From positions 1 through 31,239 of the forward strand of contig CBDHDF010000005.1 in the NCBI GenBank assembly GCA_965261545.1: a stretch of DNA of 31,239 bases, in the 5' to 3' direction. Of this stretch, positions 19,013-28,798 are shown piece after piece. The notes below the pieces were generated by a model, which saw nothing but the letters and a program-made list of their open reading frames with translations, made no database searches and was not told where the DNA came from. This DNA is from Bdellovibrionales bacterium (lineage in GTDB: Bacteria; Bdellovibrionota; Bdellovibrionia; Bdellovibrionales; UBA1609). Each line of letters begins with the position of its first letter. Position 1 is the stretch's first letter. Made by a program: the position numbers and the translations under genes.

Positions 19013-19877
19013 ACCCAGAGGAGTGGATCGAGAAGACATTCAAGTCGACCCATTTGATAAAAGGTTTTCAGGTTTTGTTTTTAAGATCCAGGCCAATATG
19101 GACCCAAAGCACCGAGATCGAGTTGCCTTTGTCAGGGTTTGCTCTGGGCAATTTGAAAGAGGGATGAAGGTCAAGCACGTGCGCCTCGGACGTGAACTGC
19201 GTCTCTCCTATGCCAACCAATTTATGGCTCAAGACCGAGAGACCGTCAATGAGGCTTATGCCGGTGATATTGTGGGCATTATTGACACAGGCTATTTTCA
19301 AATTGGTGATACGATCACTTCGGGACACTCCCTTTCTTTTGGTGAAATGCCTCGGTTTTCACCAGAGGTTTTTGCCAAACTTCATATTAAGGACCCTTTA
19401 AAAAGAAAACAATTGGAGAAGGCTTCCCTGCAATTGGCTGAAGAGGGAATGATCCAACTCTTTTATGATTCCGCTTTGGGACGTCAGGACCCTATCCTAG
19501 GAGTGGTTGGTGAGCTTCAGCTGGATGTTCTTTTGCACCGGCTCAATGGTGAGTACAAACTCAATGTCAAATTGGAGAGACAGGTCTACTCTGTGGCCAG
19601 ATGGGTGACTTGCAAAGAAAGTCACCAGGAAACTCACAAAGAGAATCACAAGAATCACAAGAAAAATAATCAAAGAGTGATCTCCTCTATTCAAGGAGGA
19701 ACTCGCCTTCACCATGATATTCACCAAAACCCTGTGGTTCTCCTTGAAAGAGAGTGGGATTTAAAATGGTTATCTAAGGAAAACCCCAACCTAGATTTTC
19801 ATTTTACGGCCAAGTCATTCTGACTTAGCACTATTCGGTATTGATTTTATTCCAAAAAAAATGCATAATTTTTACTT

Positions 19878-20870
19878 ATGAAAAAATCCCTCCCTCCTCT
19901 TTGCTTAACCCTTGATAACACTTTTAAAGCATTTTTTAAGCATGACCAGGACTTACTCAAGCCTTTGTTGCAGGATTTTCTTCCTTTGCCACCCGGTTGT
20001 CGGGTGGAACATGTTCAGTTGTTAGATGCCGAGGAAAACTCTTCAGAGGCAAGCAAGCCTTCGGGAAAGACCTTCATCTTGGATATGAAAATTCGTATTT
20101 CTCGCCGATTGTCCAGTGGAGAGTGGGTTGAAAATGAGACTGTGAATGTGGAGATGCAAACCGTCTCCCAAAAAAACTTCACAAATCGCCTTCTTGCCTA
20201 TGCTGGACGGGTCTACTCCAATCAAGTGAAAGAAGGAGAAAAGTACGAGAAATTAAGAACTGTTTACTCCCTTGTTTTCAGTACTGTGGACCTTCCTGAA
20301 CTACGCACGGACAACAATTATTACCATACATGTAGCATGAGGCAGGATAGACGCCCTCATTTAAGGCTTACCGAGGGCATTCAGTTTGTCATTGTAGAAT
20401 TGAACAAATTCATTGGCAGTTTAGACAGCCTTGTTGACCAGCGTGAAGCGTGGTGCTATTTCTTAAAAAAATCGGATGAGTTGGATCAACAAACAGGCCA
20501 AAAGCTAGCCAAAAAAGGAAGGGATATGGGAAGAGCCGTTAAAAATTTGTGGAATTTGTCTCAAGACGAACTCATGCGAGAGCGCCTTGAATCTGAAGAT
20601 AAACAGCGTCGGGATCGTTTGGCACAGATCGACACAGCCCATGAAGAAGGGCTTGAAAAAGGGCTTGAAAAAGGGCGTGAACAGGGACGTGAAGAGGGGC
20701 GTGAACAGGGGCGTGAACAGGGGCGAAGGGAAGAAAGAGAGACTTTTGTTTTAAAGTTACTTTCAGAAGGTATAGAAATTTCTGTTATAACTACAGTGAC
20801 AAAGTTTTCTGAAGCTGAAATCAAGGCTCTCCAAAAAAGTAAAAATTTTAACAAAATGACACCTACTTGA
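19878..20870 (+). CDS. Rpn-family nuclease (PDDEXK_2 type)
   Basis: DNTFKAFF, ILDMKI, VNVEMQ, RLLAYAGRVYS, IVELNKF, WCYFLK; C-terminal E-x-G-R repeats. Confidence 0.9.
   Translation: MKKSLPPLCLTLDNTFKAFFKHDQDLLKPLLQDFLPLPPGCRVEHVQLLDAEENSSEASKPSGKTFILDMKIRISRRLSSGEWVENETVNVEMQTVSQKNFTNRLLAYAGRVYSNQVKEGEKYEKLRTVYSLVFSTVDLPELRTDNNYYHTCSMRQDRRPHLRLTEGIQFVIVELNKFIGSLDSLVDQREAWCYFLKKSDELDQQTGQKLAKKGRDMGRAVKNLWNLSQDELMRERLESEDKQRRDRLAQIDTAHEEGLEKGLEKGREQGREEGREQGREQGRREERETFVLKLLSEGIEISVITTVTKFSEAEIKALQKSKNFNKMTPT
20643..20726 (+). repeat. 12-bp coding tandem repeat (about 7 units, E-x-G-L/R)
   Basis: GAAGAAGGGCTT GAAAAAGGGCTT GAAAAAGGGCGT GAACAGGGACGT GAAGAGGGGCGT GAACAGGGGCGT GAACAGGGGCGA. Confidence 0.85.
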
Positions 20871-20909
20871 TGGATTTTCCTAAGCCCACTCAAGCAGCCC
20901 GGAGGGGCA

Positions 20910-21264
20910 GTATGTCGCCTCCATCAAATTCCCATTTTTACCTTTGCCAACAAGATGGATCGTGAGGGCCGTGAACCCATAGAAATCATTGATGGATGTG
21001 GAAAACACACTCGGAATGAGATGCTCTATCCTGTGACGGGGCCCATTGGCATTGGTGATACGATCACTTCGAGACACTCCCTTTACTTTTGGTGAAATGC
21101 CTCGGTTTTCACCAGAGGTTTTTGCCAAACTTCAAAACCTGTGGTTCTCCTTGAAAAGTGGTTCTCCTTTGAAAGAGAGTGGAATTTAAAATGGTTATCT
21201 AAGGAAAACCCCAACCTAGATTTTCATTTTACGGCCAAGTCATTCTGACTTAGCACTATTCGGT
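20910..21264 (+). pseudogene. prfC: Internally deleted second copy of the prfC 3' region (three joined segments)
   Basis: 20910-21052 matches 17080-17219; 21051-21134 matches 19302-19384; 21133-21264 matches 19725-19839; a few substitutions and indels. Confidence 0.9.
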
Positions 21265-21273
21265 TGTGTCTCG

Positions 21274-22566
21274 ATGTCTCGATTTAGTATATTGACAAAA
21301 CAAAATTTAAAAATGAAAATGCTAAGTATGTCATATTGCAGCCTCTCTCTTAACAAGGCCAAATACAAAGTCAGTGAAGAAGGCTTTACACTTACTGCTG
21401 CGCTCATGTCTGTGGCTATCGTGGGTGTAGGTATGTCTGCCATGATAAGCATGCTTACGTTTCAACATAAAGAACTTCAATCCATCAAAGAGCAACTTGT
21501 CAGTGCCAATATAAAACAATTTATCCTACAAACCGTAAGAGATCTCGAAAATTGCGATTGTCACTTCAAACCAAGCTCCTACGCCACACTCCGCAATGTC
21601 AATGGCAAGCTTCGCGATGCGAACGGCATTGACTTAGGCCCCTTCACCATTGATACAACGGCTGCGACCATTGGAGACATCAACCTCGGAAGTTTTCGTT
21701 CGGGAGGATGTCCTTTCACTTCGACCAGCAATACCATTGTCAAGACAGGTCAACTCATCAAAGGCGTAGGGCAATTGAAAACAAAATCTGTCACGGCGAA
21801 AAATATTGTACCGATAGTCAACAGAAATGGAGAGTATACGGCCGAACTCACAGTTGATTTTGAGAGTTCCCACCGGGCTCTCCGTCCCGCCATTGTCGAT
21901 ATTATTCTTTCGGTGGATGCTAGCATAGACCCAAAAGCCGCCACTATTAGCCATTGCGGACCAAAAGTTGCTTCGGCGAAGGCAGCTCCAGAAGGGGCCA
22001 TCTACATCAGTATGGGATCACAAACCAATCGTCTGGAGAATGCAGGTCCTATATATCAGAGTTCATATGGTATAGATGGCTTGCGTAAAGAAAATTCAAA
22101 AAAGACAATAGACCAAAAGAGCAACTGCTACAAAGGAACCAATCTTTGGTGTGCAGGGGATCATGGGCTCACTCAAGCAAGTCAATGTGATTTGACTTAC
22201 ACAGGCATACACGTCTCATGCCCCTCCGGTTATGTCGTGTACGAGGCAAAGGCATATAATGATGGTAGTGTTGGTGCTCCCATGCTCTACAATACCACAC
22301 CCTCTGGAGCTCGGTCTGTGCATTGCTATGTTCGTCAGGGCAATCGCGGCGGTAATAGGTCTATCTGCTGGAGTGCTTCCAGAAAGAACCCCTACACGAC
22401 TCTGAGGAATTGCAAGAAAGCAGAAAAAACAGAAGCCGCCCTCTACTGCCCCAAAAGATCTGTTACTCCTACTGAGCCAAATCTTTATAATAGTTCGGCC
22501 TTCAAGGACATCTCAACAGCATTTCCTAACACATACTGCCAAGTCATGTGCATTCCAGCAAAGTAA
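21274..22566 (+). CDS. Type IV pilin/pseudopilin-like protein with a Cys-rich C-terminal domain
   Basis: EEG/FTLTAALMSVAIVGVGMSAMISML prepilin-like cleavage site plus hydrophobic helix; exact start uncertain. Confidence 0.7.
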   Translation: MSRFSILTKQNLKMKMLSMSYCSLSLNKAKYKVSEEGFTLTAALMSVAIVGVGMSAMISMLTFQHKELQSIKEQLVSANIKQFILQTVRDLENCDCHFKPSSYATLRNVNGKLRDANGIDLGPFTIDTTAATIGDINLGSFRSGGCPFTSTSNTIVKTGQLIKGVGQLKTKSVTAKNIVPIVNRNGEYTAELTVDFESSHRALRPAIVDIILSVDASIDPKAATISHCGPKVASAKAAPEGAIYISMGSQTNRLENAGPIYQSSYGIDGLRKENSKKTIDQKSNCYKGTNLWCAGDHGLTQASQCDLTYTGIHVSCPSGYVVYEAKAYNDGSVGAPMLYNTTPSGARSVHCYVRQGNRGGNRSICWSASRKNPYTTLRNCKKAEKTEAALYCPKRSVTPTEPNLYNSSAFKDISTAFPNTYCQVMCIPAK

Positions 22567-22608
22567 GCTCTATTACTCTATCCCCTTCCCCTGGACTTTC
22601 GACTTTCA

Positions 22609-23535
22609 TCAACGAGATGAGTCGCAATGGTACTGAACCACTTGGCGAGCCACATCCATGGAGGCTTTTTGAAAAGCTTCTTCTGTAAAGGCTCCCATAT
22701 GAGGGCTCAGCAAGAGACGAGGCTGTTGTAGGAGGGGAGAGTTCTGGGCCAAAGGTTCTTTGCGATAGACATCAAGTCCAGCCCCCGCAAGACGCTGAGA
22801 GCTTAAAAAATCAACAAGATCATTCTCATTGATAACCTCTCCCCTAGAAGTATTCACCAAAATACAGGATTCACTCAACAAAGACATGGACTGATGATTC
22901 AACATATTTCTAGTCTCATCGGTCAAGGGAACGTGAAGGGTCAAAATTTCACACTGCTTAAGAAGCTCTGAAAAACCCACGGGCACAACTCCGTGCTTTG
23001 CAAAGTGCCCATGGTCCACATAGGGATCATAGGCCATGCTCCTGGCTCCAAAGGCTTGCACCAGTTGAGCGACCCTTGTCCCAATGCGACCGAGGCCCAC
23101 AATGCCAACAAGCTGACCCTGAAGCTCCCCACCGCGACTTAATAGCGACCTCCTCCACTGGCCTGAACGGAGAGAAGCCTCAGCCTCTTTGAAGTTTCTC
23201 AACAAACTTAAAATAAGCAAAAGGGTATGCTCCGCAACGCTTTGAGTATTGGCTTCCGCGGCATTAAACACTTGAATTCCCCTTTCCTTACACAACGAAA
23301 GGTCAATATGATTCAAGCCACTGGTGGCCGTTCCCACCACTTTTAACTGAGGAGCCATATTCAAAAGACGATCGTCCACAAGGGTATGACTTCGGGTTAA
23401 AAGCACATGGGTGCCCAAAAGGTCTTCCCTCCCTGGTTGCAACTCCCTTGTGGAACTCAACTTGGCTGAAAGTTGGACCTTGAGAAATCCCTGAGCCTCA
23501 ATACTATAAGAATCTGTAAGGGTGACCTGAACCAT
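22609..23535 (-). CDS. serA: D-isomer 2-hydroxyacid dehydrogenase, SerA-like (no ACT domain)
   Basis: GIVGLGRIG Rossmann motif, LHVPLTDETR, VNTSRGEVI, AGLDVY, SPHMGA. Confidence 0.8.
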   Translation of the reverse strand: MVQVTLTDSYSIEAQGFLKVQLSAKLSSTRELQPGREDLLGTHVLLTRSHTLVDDRLLNMAPQLKVVGTATSGLNHIDLSLCKERGIQVFNAAEANTQSVAEHTLLLILSLLRNFKEAEASLRSGQWRRSLLSRGGELQGQLVGIVGLGRIGTRVAQLVQAFGARSMAYDPYVDHGHFAKHGVVPVGFSELLKQCEILTLHVPLTDETRNMLNHQSMSLLSESCILVNTSRGEVINENDLVDFLSSQRLAGAGLDVYRKEPLAQNSPLLQQPRLLLSPHMGAFTEEAFQKASMDVARQVVQYHCDSSR

Positions 23536-23542
23536 AACTCCT

Positions 23543-23588
23543 CTCTTAACCTCTTAAGTCTCTTAATCCTCTTAAGTCTTATCCCTTA
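23543..23588. repeat. Short intergenic tandem repeat (CTCTTAA-n, 4-5 units)
   Basis: ctcttaac ctcttaagt ctcttaatc ctcttaagt ... cccttaa. Confidence 0.6.
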
Positions 23589-24767
23589 AATATTGGGCAA
23601 ACTCAATTGTTGCAACTGGTCCTGGGCCTTGCTGACAACTTCATTCACTTGCCCCTCACTCAATTTCCACCCCATAACTCGAAGGCTCTGCCCTAAGCCT
23701 TGAAGGGTCGCCACAAGATCGTCATCTCTTATAAATCCCAAGTGTCCAATGCGAAGAATCTTTCCCTCCAAAGACTCCTGCCCCCCCGCCACATAAATGT
23801 TGCCATCCTGAAGAATCCGTCGCTGAAGCTCTCGCCCATCCATTCCATGGGGAACTTTAATCGCTGTGACAGAGGGACTTGGAGATTGAGAAAAAAGCTC
23901 AAGCCCCCACTCCTTCACCGCCCACTGGGTCACTTGAGACAAATTCTTGCACCTTTGCCAACTCACTCGCTCTCCGCAGTGATTGAGCTGATTGAGCCTA
24001 TTCAACACCCACCTCAAAGCTCGAATATGGGAGACTGGTGAACTAAAGCGAGTGTGCCCCTTTTTGTGAGCCTCAAGTTCCAACTTCAAGTCAAAGTAAA
24101 ATCGAGGGCATTGAGCCACTTGATTGGCTTTCCATGCCCTTGGAGACAGGGATATAAAGCCCAACCCCGCCGGCAACATAAAAGCCTTCTGTGAAGAGGC
24201 CAATACCACATCCCAACCCCACTCATCCACCTTTAGTTCCATGGCTCCCATGGCCCCCATAGCATCCACCATGAAAAGAACTTTGGGGTGGCCACGGCGC
24301 AACCATCGAGACATGTCCTCCACGGGATTTTTAGTCCCTGTGCTGGTCTCACAGGCTTGCACCATCACCGCCTTTATCAAAGGATACTGCCCCAACATAT
24401 CTTCCATCCCCTGAAGAGGCAGGGGATGCCCTTCATCCACTCTAAAAACATGAACCCTCAAGCCATAGGCTCTTGCCAACTGAGACCAACGACGACTGAA
24501 TTTTCCACTCTCCATGACGAAAACTTCATCACCTGGAGAAAGAGTATTTGTTACAGCGGCTTCCATCACTCCAGAACCCGTGCATGTAAGAAGTAAAACC
24601 GGTTGAGTCGTTGCAAAAACTTTCTTTAATTCACTGAAAACATATTTCAGCTCTTCAGAAAATTCAGGAAGCCGGTGATGCACCATAGGTTGAGCTAAAG
24701 CTTGCAGGACCTCCTTGGGAAGGGGCACCGGCCCCGGCGACATCAAGCGAAAGGGTTTAGATCTCAT
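23586..24767 (-). CDS. Class V PLP aminotransferase (serine-pyruvate/alanine-glyoxylate family)
   Basis: MSPGPVP, TGSGVMEAA, ETSTG, VDAMG, SSQKAFMLPAGL, RIGHLG. Confidence 0.9.
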   Translation of the reverse strand: MRSKPFRLMSPGPVPLPKEVLQALAQPMVHHRLPEFSEELKYVFSELKKVFATTQPVLLLTCTGSGVMEAAVTNTLSPGDEVFVMESGKFSRRWSQLARAYGLRVHVFRVDEGHPLPLQGMEDMLGQYPLIKAVMVQACETSTGTKNPVEDMSRWLRRGHPKVLFMVDAMGAMGAMELKVDEWGWDVVLASSQKAFMLPAGLGFISLSPRAWKANQVAQCPRFYFDLKLELEAHKKGHTRFSSPVSHIRALRWVLNRLNQLNHCGERVSWQRCKNLSQVTQWAVKEWGLELFSQSPSPSVTAIKVPHGMDGRELQRRILQDGNIYVAGGQESLEGKILRIGHLGFIRDDDLVATLQGLGQSLRVMGWKLSEGQVNEVVSKAQDQLQQLSLPNI

Positions 24768-25043
24768 AGCTTCCTCCTAAAGTCATTCACCTTACTCATA
24801 AGATGTCCTTATTTTCAAGAAAAACTCTTACCTGGAAAAGCTAGACAGGAACTGGCTCAAAATGACTCAAAGCTAGCTCAAAACTAGCTCAAAAAAAATT
24901 AAGGTTTCTCAAAAGGGCACCGATCAAAAATATAAGCCTCCATCCAAGAGCCCAACTATAAGGCCAGGGCAGCACCATCTTTTCTTATTAGCTATTTAAC
25001 TTAACAACTGAGTTATTTTTAACTGAAAGGGCCATCTTCATAA

Positions 25044-25643
25044 ATGCAAGCGAACAGAAAAAAAACGGCTCTCTCGAAAGTGAAGGTGATTGTCGTGGCA
25101 ACGATCACCTGGACTACTATGGCCTGCTCCCATCTCCCAAAATCCACCTCTCCCCAAACTCCCAGTGACCCTAGTCAAGCCCTCCACCACGAAAACTCCC
25201 CCACAATAAATCATATTTTTGTCCAGACTCAGGCTGATTACCACTACTCTCTCGGTGAGCTTTTAAGCCTCAATAAAGATCCAAAAGGAGCTATTCAGGA
25301 GTTTCAACGCACCCTCATCTACAACCCCAAAGCCACCATCGTGCTCCTAAGATTATCCGCGGAGCACTTAAAGTTAGGACAACTCAATGAAGCCATTGAG
25401 TATGCAGAAGATGCCATTGAGCAGGACCCAAAATTTGAAGAAGGATACCTATTGCTAGGGGGCCTCTACACCTCCCTTCGCATGTATCAAAAAGCCACGA
25501 ACCAATACCTCAAACTCCTAGAGATAAACCCTCAACACCTGGAGGCTTACCTCCACATGGGAGCCCTGTTTGCAGAACAACAAGAATATAAAAAAGCTGA
25601 TGAGCTTCATAATTATTTGTCAGCAATTCCCGTCGAAAAATAG
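25044..25643 (+). pseudogene. TPR-repeat lipoprotein, truncated by the adjacent IS
   Basis: Lipobox TMAC; TPR motifs (AIQEFQRTLIYNPK, AIEQDPKFEEGYLLLGGLY); last codons SAIPVEK are read from the IS end. Confidence 0.8.
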
Positions 25644-27176
25644 TTTAGGCCACAGTAGTGGCTTCCAAAAGATTCGCCTCAAAAAGAGTTCGTAGACTTT
25701 TGCCTAAGTATCTGTTTGAATATTTGTTGTTGCACATCAGACCAAGGAGGGTTCGTCATGTCGCATCAACATTTTAGAAAAGGTCTATCCGCTTCAGGAA
25801 TGTATTCCCTGCTACACAGTAAATCTCTTGCAGTTCCAGATATAAGATCGCAGCGTCCCCATAGGATTCCTCTGAGCGATGCCATTATGTCATCTGTGGC
25901 AATGTTTGCCTTGAAAGATCCATCCATGCTTCAGTTTTGTGATCGTGTCCATGACCCAGTGGCAAAAAACAACCTACACCATTTGTTTCAAATAGGCCAA
26001 ATTCCTAGTGATACGGCTATGCGAGAGATTTTAGATCCTGTTCCAACCCGTGAGTTTCAAAATTTTTTTAAATCTTTGTTTACCGTAGCTCAAAGAGGGA
26101 AGGTTTTGGAGGGTTACCCATATTTGGGTGGAAAATATCTTCTCAGCATTGATGGAACAGGTGCCTTTAGCTCCTCGACTATTCATTGTGAGAATTGTTG
26201 TATAAAGAATCATCGTGATGAGACGAAGACCTACTATCATCAAATGTTAGCAGGAGTGATTGTTCACCCCGATAAGAAACAGGTTATACCTATTGCTCCA
26301 GAGCCCATTTCAAACACAGATGGATCGAGCAAAAATGATTGTGAGCGTAATGCAGCCAAACGACTCCTTGAAGATTTTCGCAGGGAACACCCTCACCTTC
26401 CAGTGATTGTTATTGAGGATGGATTGGCTTCCAATGCTCCTCACATCACTCTTCTTAACGAATTAAAATTAAGTTATATTTTAGGCTGTAAGATGGGGGA
26501 CCACAAAGTTTTATTTGAGTTTGTAAATGGAGCAGATAGCTTAGGAACAGTTTCTCACTTCACCGTGGTAGAGAATGGAGTGACACATGAATTTCGATTC
26601 ATAAATGATGTTTCACTCAATGATTCAAATCCTGATTGTCGAGTGAATTTTATTGAATACAAAGAAACGAAAGCAAACGGTAAGGTTCAGCACTTTAGCT
26701 GGGTGACTGACATTGAGATCAACGAAGACAACATAATGCAAATAATGAGGGGGGGAAGAGCACGCTGGAAGATAGAAAATGAAACATTTAATACGTTAAA
26801 GAATTTGGGTTACAACTTTGAGCACAATTTTGGCCACGGCAAGCAAAATTTGTGTAACAATTTAGACGTGATTATGATGCTGGTATTTTTAGTGGACCAA
26901 CTTCAACATTTGGCCTGTAAATTGTTTCAAAAGGCGGTAGAAAAAGAGAGGAGACTATCTTATCTATGGGATCATATGAGGGGGTATTTCCATACCCTAT
27001 ACTTTAAAAATTGGCAGGAACTCCTCGCCATAATGGCTTATGGGATTAAGCCTATTGCTGCCTCAGATGTTTTCGACACATCATGAGCAGCCATTTTTCT
27101 CAAAGTGCCCCAAAGAGTTTAACGTATTTGCCCTAAACTAAAGTCTGGACATTCGCCTCTAAATGGCGAAGACGGG
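25621..27176 (+). mobile_element. ISNCY-like (ISDol1-type) element with a truncated right end
   Basis: Left end CAGCAATTCCCGTC; only GACGGG (27171-27176) of the expected inverted copy remains; subgroup assignment from recall. Confidence 0.65.
25758..27086 (+). CDS. DDE transposase (ISNCY/IS4 superfamily)
   Basis: SIDGTG, CENC, KNDCERNAAKR, EDGL, GRARWKIENETFNTLK, EHNFGHG; AAGGAGG RBS before ATG 25758. Confidence 0.9.
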   Translation: MSHQHFRKGLSASGMYSLLHSKSLAVPDIRSQRPHRIPLSDAIMSSVAMFALKDPSMLQFCDRVHDPVAKNNLHHLFQIGQIPSDTAMREILDPVPTREFQNFFKSLFTVAQRGKVLEGYPYLGGKYLLSIDGTGAFSSSTIHCENCCIKNHRDETKTYYHQMLAGVIVHPDKKQVIPIAPEPISNTDGSSKNDCERNAAKRLLEDFRREHPHLPVIVIEDGLASNAPHITLLNELKLSYILGCKMGDHKVLFEFVNGADSLGTVSHFTVVENGVTHEFRFINDVSLNDSNPDCRVNFIEYKETKANGKVQHFSWVTDIEINEDNIMQIMRGGRARWKIENETFNTLKNLGYNFEHNFGHGKQNLCNNLDVIMMLVFLVDQLQHLACKLFQKAVEKERRLSYLWDHMRGYFHTLYFKNWQELLAIMAYGIKPIAASDVFDTS

Positions 27177-27236
27177 GAGGTTTACCTTATTCGATGCAGT
27201 GCAATTCTCACACTGAGATTTGGAGGAATTTCAATG

Positions 27237-27291
27237 TCGTATTGGGTCATAAGTAAACGACACAGTAAGGGGGAATTATGACCCAATACGA
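27237..27291. repeat. Perfect 16-bp inverted repeat with a 23-nt spacer
   Basis: TCGTATTGGGTCATAA-N23-TTATGACCCAATACGA; supplies the integrase stop codon. Confidence 0.85.
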
Positions 27292-28421
27292 GAAGCGAGA
27301 GAGTCAATAGTTGGAAGCACTTGCAAAACCTCTGTTGCACCTTTGACCTCAATCCCACCGAGCCGAACGTAGATTTGAAAAGTCTTAATATCTCTCCATC
27401 CACCAATTTTCATAACGGTGGCCTGATTGACCCCTTGAGCCAACATATGGGTCGCAAAACAGGCTCTGAGTGTATGAAATACAACATGCTGATTTATGTT
27501 ATATTTCTTTAGGAATGTCCTCAAAACCTTTCCGGCTTCACCATTGGTCCATGTCCCATGCCTTGGAAGGACAAAGCCTTCAGGGTCACAGTGACCATCT
27601 TTCTGAAGCTCGGTGATAATCTTCAAAAGGTCACTGGAAATGGGTACATTTCGCCAGTGACCAGCTTTGGTGCACTTTATCACTCGCTTGCGATGGCTGT
27701 AGGACTTGGAGACCAATATTGTTTGTCGGTCAAAATCAATATCCTTCCACTGCAATGCCTTCAATTCGCCACTTCTCATCCCAGTCAGAAATGCAAAAGA
27801 CCAAATATGATACCAAGGATGCTGCTCTTCTTTAGCTCCTTTGAGAAGAGTTTTAATCTCTTCTAAGGTGAGAATCTTAGGAACCTTCTCCGCCTTGTCT
27901 GAAACATTAACCCCCTCAGTAGGGCTTGAGTGAACACCAACGACCAGCTTTTCCTCAATAGCCCACTTGAAGACTACATTTACAGAGGATTTGATTTTTT
28001 TTAGTGAACCTTCCTTGCCTCCACTTTCTTTCGCCTGACTCAAGACAAGTCTTCCATCCCCCTTAGTGAGTTCGGAAGCCACGCAGTCAAGCCAAAGCTT
28101 TGTATAATGGAGCAGTCGGTTTACATGGTCCTTGATGTAATGGGGGTCTTTTTGTTTATCTCCGAGAAGTCCTTGCAAAGCATAGGTTTCCCAGCGATAA
28201 ATGACATCCCTCCATTTCAGCCCTCGTCCTTCGATCTTATTGATCTCATCTGAAACAGCTCTAATAAGCCTTTTCTCTTCTTTGCACGCATCCTTAAGGG
28301 TCTCTATATTAAATTTATTCTTTTGGACCCTTATAGAAGTGTCTACCTTTCCTCGCCCCTGAACATAGACTCGGAAAAGCTGATTTCCATTTTTTTCATA
28401 AGTTAAAATTGCCATTTTCAA
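27276..28421 (-). CDS. Tyrosine recombinase/integrase copy 2 (intact catalytic domain)
   Basis: 381 aa; R (TGMRSGE), K (CTKAG), HTLR, W (GGWRD), Y (FQIYVR). Confidence 0.93.
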   Translation of the reverse strand: MKMAILTYEKNGNQLFRVYVQGRGKVDTSIRVQKNKFNIETLKDACKEEKRLIRAVSDEINKIEGRGLKWRDVIYRWETYALQGLLGDKQKDPHYIKDHVNRLLHYTKLWLDCVASELTKGDGRLVLSQAKESGGKEGSLKKIKSSVNVVFKWAIEEKLVVGVHSSPTEGVNVSDKAEKVPKILTLEEIKTLLKGAKEEQHPWYHIWSFAFLTGMRSGELKALQWKDIDFDRQTILVSKSYSHRKRVIKCTKAGHWRNVPISSDLLKIITELQKDGHCDPEGFVLPRHGTWTNGEAGKVLRTFLKKYNINQHVVFHTLRACFATHMLAQGVNQATVMKIGGWRDIKTFQIYVRLGGIEVKGATEVLQVLPTIDSLASRIGS

Positions 28422-28726
28422 CCTCCCATATGTTGTGAGGTTTCAATGAGCATCTCCAACTCTTCTCTTTTAAAATACAGCCTTCGCCTAAACTTTCTTG
28501 CCCTCAAAATTCTGCGATATACCAGAATCCTGATGGCATTAACGTTTTTGCGAAGATAGCGTGCAGTTTCTTCAGTTGTTAACCAAGCTAAATTGTCAAA
28601 GAACGCACCAGAACTGCATGTTCCGTCACTTGTTTCATGACTTATTTTTTGATTTACACTTTGATCCCTGTCATTTTCTTTTGAACAGTTATTTGTAGCC
28701 ATATCAATCACTCCTTTGTTAGACAA
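28418..28726 (-). CDS. Excisionase-like HTH_17 protein (copy 2)
   Basis: Same HTH core as copy 1; stop overlaps the integrase start; start uncertain. Confidence 0.85.
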   Translation of the reverse strand: MSNKGVIDMATNNCSKENDRDQSVNQKISHETSDGTCSSGAFFDNLAWLTTEETARYLRKNVNAIRILVYRRILRARKFRRRLYFKREELEMLIETSQHMGG

Positions 28727-28798
28727 GTTATAAGCTAAGAAAAATCGAAAAAAATTGACTCCATGAGAAGTACATGGGGGAGCCGCTTTGCCACAAAA

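Larger units (their letters stand above)
17077..19823 (+). pseudogene. prfC: Peptide chain release factor 3; 5' part missing and interrupted by IS4 copy 3
   Basis: [71 protein letters not shown]; the GTPase P-loop region is absent. Confidence 0.93.

Noticed and set aside
20643..20726. CRISPR array
   Set aside because: In-frame 12-bp coding repeats with no spacers; no cas genes or repeat-spacer arrays anywhere in the window
21274..22566. Diversity-generating retroelement target
   Set aside because: No reverse transcriptase and no template repeat differing at adenines
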